Positions 17,857-25,082 of a stretch of 64,000 bases of DNA are shown one piece after another. How positions within the stretch are numbered: position 1 is the stretch's first letter; each line of letters opens with the position of its first letter. Under the pieces are notes generated by a model. The model was not told where the DNA came from. It was given only the letters and a program-made list of their open reading frames with translations, and ran no database searches. The stretch comes from Acutalibacteraceae bacterium (GTDB taxonomy: Bacteria; Bacillota; Clostridia; Oscillospirales; Acutalibacteraceae), in the NCBI GenBank assembly GCA_963599905.1, contig CAVBYX010000045.1, forward strand, positions 2,870 to 66,869, written 5' to 3'. The position numbers and the translations under genes are program-made.

Positions 17857-18713
17857 AAAAATTTATAACAAAGAGTAGTGGTTGGGCATTCGCCATTACT
17901 ACAGGAATTTTTGCTTTTGTTCCAGAGCCCTTTTTTGGGCAAAAAGAGTGGTTAACCCAAAAGTTTGTTGCACAATGCAAATTTTTATCCACTATAGATG
18001 TCTATAATACAAACATTGCGATTTCTCGTTTAATTAGTTTTTTTGTTGTCTTGATAATAACATCCTTTTTATATGCTGTTTTTCTAAAAGCACGCACACG
18101 AATTACTATAAAAGGACAGAATTATTGTATTTGTGTTGAGTACGGGGATATATTAAAAAAGAAAAAATGCAAACGAGTAATCAACTTTGATGAATGTTTT
18201 TCAACCAAGGTTGGTAACTCAACAGCAGATATAAATCCCAATTCAATATGCGGGCAATATTTGATATTGAATCCAAATTTAAATATGCAAGGATTAATTG
18301 AATCCGCTCAAATTAGCCCTGCTCAGAGTAAATCGAAATACCAGCATAAAGTGCGATATGATTCTGGTACTGTAATTCCCAATGGTAATGATTTGTTGAT
18401 GGCTTTTGCAAAATTGGATGAAAAAGGTAAAGGCAGATTCTTTTCACGTGATGAATATCTTAAGTGCTTAGATTTGTTGTGGAGAGAGATAGAGAATTAC
18501 TATTCTGAAATGGATGTATGTGTGCCAATATTAGGGGCTGGAACAACATCATTTGATGGCGGAGCTGGTGCTTCAATTTCACAGCAAGATTTGCTTGACA
18601 TGATGATTTGGTCATATAAGTTAAGTTCTCATAAAATAAAAGCTCCACATAAATTGTGTATCGTCTGTAAAAGGAATACAAACTTTTCACTAAACAGCAT
18701 AGACAAATCATAA
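17853..18713 (+). CDS. Two-TM membrane protein with C-terminal Macro-like domain (type II ThsA-like)
   Basis: Its TTG start overlaps the upstream stop (TTGA). Hydrophobic segments WAFAITTGIFAFV and LISFFVVLIITSFLYAVFL. Macro-like VEYGDIL...RVINFDECFS and VPILGAGTTSF. Confidence 0.55.
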   Translation: MKKFITKSSGWAFAITTGIFAFVPEPFFGQKEWLTQKFVAQCKFLSTIDVYNTNIAISRLISFFVVLIITSFLYAVFLKARTRITIKGQNYCICVEYGDILKKKKCKRVINFDECFSTKVGNSTADINPNSICGQYLILNPNLNMQGLIESAQISPAQSKSKYQHKVRYDSGTVIPNGNDLLMAFAKLDEKGKGRFFSRDEYLKCLDLLWREIENYYSEMDVCVPILGAGTTSFDGGAGASISQQDLLDMMIWSYKLSSHKIKAPHKLCIVCKRNTNFSLNSIDKS

Positions 18714-18839
18714 CGATTTCCTAACAAAGTATATTTAAATAATAGATCTATTATCAATTTCTGAGTTTATTTGCCAATATTCTTTAAAAGAATGCTATTT
18801 GTCAATTGTTTGTTTTTTAATATCGGCTATGGCAACAAA

Positions 18840-18958
18840 ATGGCAACAAAAAATCGGATAGCGTATGCTTTACCGATAATTCAAATAATATAGATACTCT
18901 TTGTTAAATCTCATAAACAAAAGTGTTTAAGATTGATTTACGGGGAGCGAGTGGGAAT
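18840..18958 (+). repeat. Direct repeat copy 2 (119 nt), candidate att/element-end sequence
   Basis: Aligns to 7302-7420 with 8 mismatches. Preceded by a tandem ATGGCAACAAAA motif. Confidence 0.85.
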
Positions 18959-19047
18959 GACGGATTAAAATGCCGAAAGCCTGCATTTATGCGGGTTTCC
19001 GGTATTTGTTTTATCAAATGGCTCTATTTGTTGGCGGAGTAATGGAA

Positions 19048-19363
19048 GGAGATAAAATGTGGAAAAGTAATAAAATTGCAATATTATATTCTGTGATTAC
19101 TTTATTTGCAACTTTTATCTTAGGGCAAATATTATTAATTTTATATCCTGATGGTAATACAACTGGCTCATCAGTATTGTTATTTTGATGAATCTGATTC
19201 CAATGATTGTTGCTATATTTTTTCTAAATATGAGAAAAGAAAAAATGTATTAAAGGACATGTTTTTACATCGTGAAAAATTGACACCATATCTTTTAGCA
19301 ATTGGTAGTGTTATTTTATACTATACCGTTTCCATAATATTAAGAAATATAGCCAGATCCTAA
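19048..19363 (+). pseudogene. Disrupted membrane-protein gene remnants (possibly the N-terminal part of a CPBP-type protease)
   Basis: Hydrophobic reading frames are broken over three frames: MWKSNKIAILYSVITLFATFILGQ...; MNLIPMIVAIFFLNMRKEK; KDMFLHREKLTPYLLAIGSVILYY. No intact gene. Confidence 0.3.
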
Positions 19364-19534
19364 TTTTTTATTCTTTGAAATTCGACGTCTTTGACTCCTG
19401 TTTTGTTATGTTTTTTTACCCTCAATCAATTCACTGCATTTTTCTTTTTTAGACTTGACTTTTAATAGTTAGTCTTTCTGTGATGCACCTATTGTAAACC
19501 TACAAAATTTCAAAATAAAATTTTAATTTAACTA

Positions 19535-19563
19535 TTGAAAATTTCTTCTAAGTGTTGTATAAT
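19535..19563 (+). promoter_or_regulatory. Sigma-A-type promoter of tRNA-Thr
   Basis: TTGAAA (19535-19540), 17-nt spacer, TATAAT (19558-19563). The tRNA starts 24 nt downstream. Confidence 0.55.
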
Positions 19564-19587
19564 TAATTTAGTTTTGGTTTAATATTC

Positions 19588-19663
19588 GCTGAAGTGGCGC
19601 AGTTGGTAGCGCAACTGATTCGTAATCAGTAGGTCGTGGGTTCAAGTCCCATCTTCAGCTCCA
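19588..19663 (+). tRNA. tRNA-Thr (anticodon CGU), CCA encoded
   Basis: Cloverleaf folded by hand. Acceptor GCTGAAG/CTTCAGC, D arm GCGC-AGTTGGTA-GCGC, anticodon arm ACTGA-TTCGTAA-TCAGT, T arm with GGTTCAAGTCC, discriminator T then CCA. Confidence 0.9.
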
Positions 19664-19669
19664 AATCAG

Positions 19670-19715
19670 AATCCGCATTATTAAGCTGTTTTAGTTTTTA
19701 ATGCGGATTTTTTTA
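19670..19715 (+). terminator. Rho-independent terminator after tRNA-Thr
   Basis: 11-bp stem AATCCGCATTA / TAATGCGGATT followed by a T-run. Confidence 0.8.
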
Positions 19716-19729
19716 ATTTCAAAAATATA

Positions 19730-19790
19730 TTGACAAAAAATATAAATTTGCATATAATATTCATATCATTTAACCGAATGGTTAAATGAT
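19730..19790 (+). promoter_or_regulatory. Promoter plus perfect palindromic operator upstream of the ArsR/SdpR-like gene
   Basis: TTGACA (19730-19735), 17-nt spacer, TATAAT (19753-19758). Then ATCATTTAACC-GAAT-GGTTAAATGAT (19765-19790), a perfect 11-bp inverted repeat. Confidence 0.6.
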
Positions 19791-19807
19791 ATGTGGAGGT
19801 AATTTAA

Positions 19808-20071
19808 TTGGGTTTACAAGAAACGATGAAAGCACTTTCAGATGAAACTCGGCGGGAAATCATTCAGTTGTTAAAGAAAACAGAAATGACAGCAGGTGAC
19901 ATTTCAAAACATTTTAAAATATCAAATGCAGCTATATCAAAACATTTGTCAATATTGAAAAATGCCGATTTAATACGAGATAGGAGAGAGGGAAAATTTA
20001 TAATTTATGAGCTTAACACTTCGGTTCTTGAGGATGTGTTATTGTGGATTTCTGAACTTAAAGGAGAATAA
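19808..20071 (+). CDS. ArsR-family transcriptional repressor, SdpR-like
   Basis: LSDETRREIIQLLKKTEMTAGDISKHFKISNAAISKHLSILKNADLI winged HTH. TTG start behind GGAGGT. Confidence 0.85.
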   Translation: MGLQETMKALSDETRREIIQLLKKTEMTAGDISKHFKISNAAISKHLSILKNADLIRDRREGKFIIYELNTSVLEDVLLWISELKGE

Positions 20072-20073
20072 TT

Positions 20074-20727
20074 ATGAAATTAAAATATTATCTTATAAAC
20101 GCATTTATGTTTCTGACTTTGGTTTATACAATTATATTTATGATGATTTCGCCTGATTCCATACCTATGCATTATAATATGCTGGGTGAAATTGACAGAT
20201 ATGGCAACAAGCTTGAAATGATTATATTTCTGTTCTTCGTGTACATTTGCGGTATAATTTCTTTGCTTTTTGCTAAGTATTTTAAATCAAAGAGCGAAAA
20301 ATCATCTGAGAAATTATCACTAAATGTGGGTATTATTTTAGTTTTAACGTTTATCGTATTGTATTTAATTTTTTCTGTTATGGCTTTAAATCCAAATATA
20401 AGATACGGAACTGATATTGGTAATGTTGTTCTAATTGTAATAGGAATATTTTTTACAGTGTTATGCAATTTGATGCCAAAAACAAGATTAAATTCTTTGT
20501 TCGGAATTCGCACCTGTTGGAGTATTGCAAATGAAAAAATATGGCAAAAGTCTCAGCGTTTTGGCGGATACTCCGGAGTTATATGCGGAATAATTCTCGT
20601 TATTTCAGGTTTTGTTTTCTCTTTTGAAATCAGTATAATAATCACAATATTATCAGTTACTCTTTGGGCTGTTTTGTCTTCTGTTATGTCCTATATATTT
20701 TATAAAATATATGAAAAAAATAATTAA
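20074..20727 (+). CDS. SdpI/YhfL-family membrane protein (DUF1648 + SdpI domains)
   Basis: IPMHYNMLGEIDRYGNK and FGIRTCWSIANEKIWQKSQRFGG signatures. Polytopic. Confidence 0.8.
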   Translation: MKLKYYLINAFMFLTLVYTIIFMMISPDSIPMHYNMLGEIDRYGNKLEMIIFLFFVYICGIISLLFAKYFKSKSEKSSEKLSLNVGIILVLTFIVLYLIFSVMALNPNIRYGTDIGNVVLIVIGIFFTVLCNLMPKTRLNSLFGIRTCWSIANEKIWQKSQRFGGYSGVICGIILVISGFVFSFEISIIITILSVTLWAVLSSVMSYIFYKIYEKNN

Positions 20728-20846
20728 TTTGACTTTGTTCTTATTTTGTGTTATATTACAAATAAACTGCCACCGGGTAGAAAATGCAAAAGCATTCGTC
20801 TGCACATCGTTAGGTCTTTGAAGATGTGTAAACGGATGCTTTTTTT
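20728..20846 (+). promoter_or_regulatory. Promoter and structured leader with intrinsic terminator upstream of the pnuC-like gene (attenuator / possible riboswitch)
   Basis: TTGACT, 17-nt spacer, TATATT with upstream TG. 17-bp terminator stem 20792-20808 / 20823-20839 (1 mismatch, 2 G-U pairs) plus a T7 run ending 11 nt before the ATG. A competing small hairpin AAUGC-AAAA-GCAUU is possible. Confidence 0.5.
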
Positions 20847-20857
20847 GTGAGGATATT

Positions 20858-21550
20858 ATGAAAATAATTAAAGCAATTACAGACTATTTTTCAAAATTTG
20901 AGGTTACGCTGTGGCTTACTTCCGTTACGATAATCGCATCATCATTTGTAATTTTTGACCGAGTAAATTACATAACACTTGTTTCTTCGATAATAGGTGT
21001 AACTTCACTGATTTTAAACGCCAAAGGAAATCCTTTCGGACAGGTTTTAATGATAATTTTTGGTGTTCTTTACGGTATAATTTCCTTTTCGTATTTATAT
21101 TACGGTGAAATGATAACTTATCTCGGAATGACTGTACCAATGGCGTTCGTCGCTCTCGTTTCATGGCTTAAAAATCCTTATAACGATAAACGATCAGAGG
21201 TAAAAATCAATCATATTTCTTATAAGGAATTAATATTTATGGCTGTTCTAACGCTTATTGTAACAATTGTATTTTACTGTATTCTCAAATTCTTTAACAC
21301 AGCTAATCTTATACCAAGCACAATTTCGGTTACAACAAGTTTTTCGGCGGTATATTTAACGTTCAGACGAAGTCCGTATTTTGCAATCGCATATGCATTA
21401 AACGATATTGTTTTAATTGTTCTGTGGTCACTTGCATCAATTTATGATATTTCGTACGTATCTGTAATAATTTGTTTTTTCGTTTTTTTGGTAAACGATA
21501 TTTACGGTTTTATAAATTGGCTCAAAATAGGGCAAAGGCAATCGTCATAA
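20858..21550 (+). CDS. pnuC: PnuC-family nicotinamide riboside / vitamin transporter
   Basis: Seven or eight TM segments, LNAKGNPFGQ and C-terminal NDIYGFINW signature. Confidence 0.7.
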   Translation: MKIIKAITDYFSKFEVTLWLTSVTIIASSFVIFDRVNYITLVSSIIGVTSLILNAKGNPFGQVLMIIFGVLYGIISFSYLYYGEMITYLGMTVPMAFVALVSWLKNPYNDKRSEVKINHISYKELIFMAVLTLIVTIVFYCILKFFNTANLIPSTISVTTSFSAVYLTFRRSPYFAIAYALNDIVLIVLWSLASIYDISYVSVIICFFVFLVNDIYGFINWLKIGQRQSS

Positions 21551-21552
21551 TT

Positions 21553-22161
21553 TTATGCATCAAGACCTGCTGAATTAAGTTCGGTTTGACTCAGATGAGT
21601 GATTCTTCTTACGCTGTTGGGTTTGTTGTTGTGTTCTCCTATTAATTTTTCCATCCAAATCATATCGTACCATTTTTCAAATTTGTAACCGCATTTATGA
21701 AATACTCCCACCGCTTCAAATCCGAAATGTTTGTGAAATTTTGTACTGTCGGCAGGTAAGTGCTTTTCTTCTGTTTCCAAATATGCAATGCACGCATTCG
21801 TGTTTAATATTCCCTGAGTTTTAAGTAACTTTTCAAGGCAGTCATAAAGCTTAGAGCCAATGCCGGAATGTCGTACCTCCGACTTAATATAAATACTTGT
21901 TTCAACTGCCCAATCATATGCCGATCTGTTTTTGAATATTGAGGCATATGCATAACCGAGTATCTTATTGTTTCTTACTGCTACGATATACGGGTATATT
22001 TTTAAAGTATCAACAATTCTTTGAGCAAATTCAACGTTGTCGGGAACTTCATATTCAAATGTTATGGCAGTATTTTCAACATACGGTTTATATATTTGTA
22101 ACAGCTCTTCGGCGTCATCAACAGTTGCCATACGCAATTTAATATTATCCAATTTAATCAC
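21553..22161 (-). CDS. GNAT-family N-acetyltransferase (phosphinothricin acetyltransferase-like)
   Basis: ATVDDAEELLQIY, GYAYAS, RHSGIGSKLY acetyl-CoA-binding region. Confidence 0.85.
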   Translation of the reverse strand: MIKLDNIKLRMATVDDAEELLQIYKPYVENTAITFEYEVPDNVEFAQRIVDTLKIYPYIVAVRNNKILGYAYASIFKNRSAYDWAVETSIYIKSEVRHSGIGSKLYDCLEKLLKTQGILNTNACIAYLETEEKHLPADSTKFHKHFGFEAVGVFHKCGYKFEKWYDMIWMEKLIGEHNNKPNSVRRITHLSQTELNSAGLDA

Positions 22162-22182
22162 CTTATCAGTTAATTAATGCAA

Positions 22183-22219
22183 ACAAAAAACCGAACAATC
22201 CAATTGAATGTTCGGTTCT
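22183..22219 (-). terminator. Rho-independent terminator of the GH13 gene
   Basis: Minus strand: stem AACCGAACA / TGTTCGGTT followed by TTTTTTGTTTG. Confidence 0.6.
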
Positions 22220-22248
22220 GTTTACGGTATGTAAAAATGTAACAGTTT

Positions 22249-23895
22249 TTAAATTTTTGTAAATCTTTTAACCGTCTGACCGTCGCTGCCGATTGTTTCG
22301 GTGAACATATCGTACGGTCTTGCCCAAACTTCATCGGGATTTTCAACAGATCTGTATATTACAAGTTTCTCACCGGTTTCACTGTGTTTTGCAAATCCCA
22401 AAACATCATATACATTTCCTTTGAAATTACGATACTTTCCAAGAGTAATTTCTTCGATTTCTTCGCCATCAAATTCATCATTTTGCGTGTTTTTGTTGCT
22501 TTCAATCGGTTTTGCAACATTTTCAAAATTTAAATCCAATTTAAAGCTTCCGTCGTTAACAACAAGAATTCTCGATGAATAAGGCGGCATGTCGATTTCC
22601 GTCCATCCGTTTGTATCAAAAATTTGATTGTCGTTCAAAACATCCGTAACTTTGCCGCTGTAATGAGTGTCAAATCCGATTTTCTCGTCATGATTTGTGA
22701 GGTTAAATGCTACAAACACAGTCTGGTTATCGGTAAATCTTTTATATACCAAAGTTTCATTTTTAATATTTGCATTTTCAAATTTTCCGTATTTTAACGC
22801 TTCAAGAGCTAACCTTGCTTTGCCTAATTTTATAATATGATTGAATAAATCGTAGTTTGCGTTAGGAATATTATTAAGGTCAATACACGGTCTCAAATCA
22901 TAATCATTGTGTTCGTTTCTTGTTCCTTCAATACCGAATTCGCTGCCGTAATAAATCGAGGGAACACCCGGCATAGTATACAGCATTGTATATACATCGC
23001 AAAGATGATTTTTATCTTTTAATGTACTTGCAATTCGGTTTACATCATGGTTATCGACAAAGTTGTAAGTGTAAATATTTTGATATATACCGCCGTTTGC
23101 AAATTGACGATTTAACGAGTGGGCAATTTCAAAATAATTATGGTCATTATGACTTGAATAAATTCCTTTATAACATTCATAATTGGTAACGGAATCAAGT
23201 GTTTCGCTGTTTGCCCAACGGTTGTAGTCACCGTGAATAATTTCACCGTAAAGCCAAAAATCCGATTTTTTTGCTTTGCAGTTGTTTCTTAATTTTTTAA
23301 AAAATTCAAGATCTATACAATCCGCTGCGTCAAGTCTCAGACCGTCTATGTCAAATTCATCAATCCAGAAATTAACCGAACCAAGCAAATAATCAACAAC
23401 TTCGGAATTTTGCAAATTGAGCTTAACCAAGTCGTAGTGTCCTGCCCAACCCTCGTACCAAAATTTGTCGCCGAAAGGACTGTTTCCGTCAAAATTCAGA
23501 TTTTGAAACCAGCCGCAATAACGTGAGTCCCAAAGATGTTCCTGAACGTCTTTAAAAGCAAAAAAGTCTCTGCCGACATGGTTAAAAACTCCGTCAAGCA
23601 TAATCCTTATTCCGTTTTCGTGCAGAGTTTGACAAAGCTTTTTGAAAGATTCATTATCTCCGAGTCTGCAGTCTACTTTTCGGTAATCAATTGTATCATA
23701 TCCGTGTTTTGAACTTTCAAAAAGAGGATTAAACACTATAACGTTTACAGACATTTTTTTCAGATTATCTATTATATCATAAATTTTATCGAGTCTGTAC
23801 TCAAGTATGCCGTCATTCTCTTTCGGAGCGCCGCAAAACCCAAGCGGATATATGTTATAAATTATAGATTCGTTGATGTAGCTCATATTATTCAA
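22249..23895 (-). CDS. GH13 alpha-amylase-family glycosidase with C-terminal DUF1653-like domain
   Basis: GH13 regions DGVFNHVG, DGLRLDAADCI, YGEIIHGD, FVDNHDVNR. C-terminal YRNFKGNVYDVLGFAKHSETGEKLVIYR...WARPYDMF. Confidence 0.85.
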   Translation of the reverse strand: MNNMSYINESIIYNIYPLGFCGAPKENDGILEYRLDKIYDIIDNLKKMSVNVIVFNPLFESSKHGYDTIDYRKVDCRLGDNESFKKLCQTLHENGIRIMLDGVFNHVGRDFFAFKDVQEHLWDSRYCGWFQNLNFDGNSPFGDKFWYEGWAGHYDLVKLNLQNSEVVDYLLGSVNFWIDEFDIDGLRLDAADCIDLEFFKKLRNNCKAKKSDFWLYGEIIHGDYNRWANSETLDSVTNYECYKGIYSSHNDHNYFEIAHSLNRQFANGGIYQNIYTYNFVDNHDVNRIASTLKDKNHLCDVYTMLYTMPGVPSIYYGSEFGIEGTRNEHNDYDLRPCIDLNNIPNANYDLFNHIIKLGKARLALEALKYGKFENANIKNETLVYKRFTDNQTVFVAFNLTNHDEKIGFDTHYSGKVTDVLNDNQIFDTNGWTEIDMPPYSSRILVVNDGSFKLDLNFENVAKPIESNKNTQNDEFDGEEIEEITLGKYRNFKGNVYDVLGFAKHSETGEKLVIYRSVENPDEVWARPYDMFTETIGSDGQTVKRFTKI

Positions 23896-24004
23896 CTCCT
23901 TTGTTTAATTCTTAAATTATATCACGAATTTGCTTATTGTGCAACGGAGCATTTTGTGATACAATGTAAATTAATAAAAATATAAAAAATATCGGAGGTA
24001 ACCA

Positions 24005-24529
24005 ATGCTTAAATTACCTGAAAATAAAACAAGAAAGAGGCTCAGAATAACCCAATGCGTTTTGTATTTGTTACAAATTTTTCTTTGCACAATGACATAT
24101 GTGACAATACCTAATCCAAGCGATCCGACTGACAATTTTTATGCAACGGTGTTTGATATGCTGAGTTATCTCGGGGGTTCCGGAGAAAGTGTTGCAGAAT
24201 CACAGTTTTCGGCATTTCAATCGTACATACCTTACTACTTTATTTTTATATTAATTCCTGTAATCGGTTTTTGTTTTTGCGCATTTGACAAGGAACGCAA
24301 TCTAAAAAATATAGTATCGCTTGTTTGTTGCCTTGTCGGTGTGCTTGCAATACTTTTAATTATAACAATTAATTATATTGACATCGGTTCAACACTTGCA
24401 TTGCTTTTATATATTGCCATTTCATTCATTACGACAATAGCGATGATGTCAAGACTTACAAAAGATGACGAAAATGAACAAAAAAAGCCTAAAAAGAAAA
24501 AAATCAGTAAGTATGACAGAGAATATTAA
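24005..24529 (+). CDS. Hypothetical polytopic membrane protein with Lys-rich tail
   Basis: Four hydrophobic segments. GGAGGT RBS. Confidence 0.5.
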   Translation: MLKLPENKTRKRLRITQCVLYLLQIFLCTMTYVTIPNPSDPTDNFYATVFDMLSYLGGSGESVAESQFSAFQSYIPYYFIFILIPVIGFCFCAFDKERNLKNIVSLVCCLVGVLAILLIITINYIDIGSTLALLLYIAISFITTIAMMSRLTKDDENEQKKPKKKKISKYDREY

Positions 24530-24542
24530 TTGATTCGTAAGA

Positions 24543-24577
24543 AATCAGGCGGTAGCTTAAATAACTACCGCCTGATT
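24543..24577. terminator. Bidirectional terminator between convergent genes
   Basis: Perfect 13-bp stem AATCAGGCGGTAG / CTACCGCCTGATT, 9-nt loop, T-rich tail. Confidence 0.7.
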
Positions 24578-24649
24578 ATTTATTTTATTGTTTTTAACTG
24601 TTAAACTATTATTAAAATACAAAAGTAAAGTTAGTTAATAATCATATTT

Positions 24650-25072
24650 TTATTCTTTAGCGAGAACGGAAAGCAGTCGATTGTAAAAATCCGGGTATTT
24701 TTTTTTAATGGAAATAGGTTTAAAGTTTTCACCGACAAAACAATGTGCGGTATGACCCGTAGCAGCGACAGTATCATTGCAGAGAAATCTTATTGTGTAA
24801 TTGTATTCCATTAATACACCGTTGAATTTTATAAGTTTCACCTCAATATAGATATCATCATCAAATCTAATCGGTTTTATATATTTTGCATAAGCATCAA
24901 CGTTGGGGATAATAACACCGTCATTTTCTAATTTCATTATATCGCAGTCGATTTTTTTCATAAAATCAATTCTTGCTTCTTCAAAATATCGTATATGGTT
25001 AGAGTGATGAACAATTCCCATTCTGTCAGTCTCATAATAGTTTGCTTTGCGCACAAAGTATTTATTATCCAA
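24650..25072 (-). CDS. Acyl-CoA thioesterase, hotdog fold (YbgC/4HBT family)
   Basis: YYETDRMGIVHHSNHIRYFEEARIDFM signature. 140 aa. Confidence 0.75.
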   Translation of the reverse strand: MDNKYFVRKANYYETDRMGIVHHSNHIRYFEEARIDFMKKIDCDIMKLENDGVIIPNVDAYAKYIKPIRFDDDIYIEVKLIKFNGVLMEYNYTIRFLCNDTVAATGHTAHCFVGENFKPISIKKKYPDFYNRLLSVLAKE

Positions 25073-25082
25073 AATTTCTCCC

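Larger units (their letters stand above)
7421..18958. mobile_element. Integrative mobilizable element (~11.5 kb) with R-M and Thoeris-like cargo
   Basis: Bracketed by the 119-nt direct repeats. Has repressor / Xis-like / tyrosine integrase at the left end and MobC-like + MobV relaxase + oriT-like repeats. No T4SS genes. Confidence 0.65.

Noticed and set aside
20740-20860. Assignment of the pnuC-like leader to a known riboswitch class (NAD+-II/pnuC motif, TPP, FMN, preQ1).
   Set aside because: I could not recognise the conserved cores of these classes by eye. It is reported only as an unclassified attenuator candidate.
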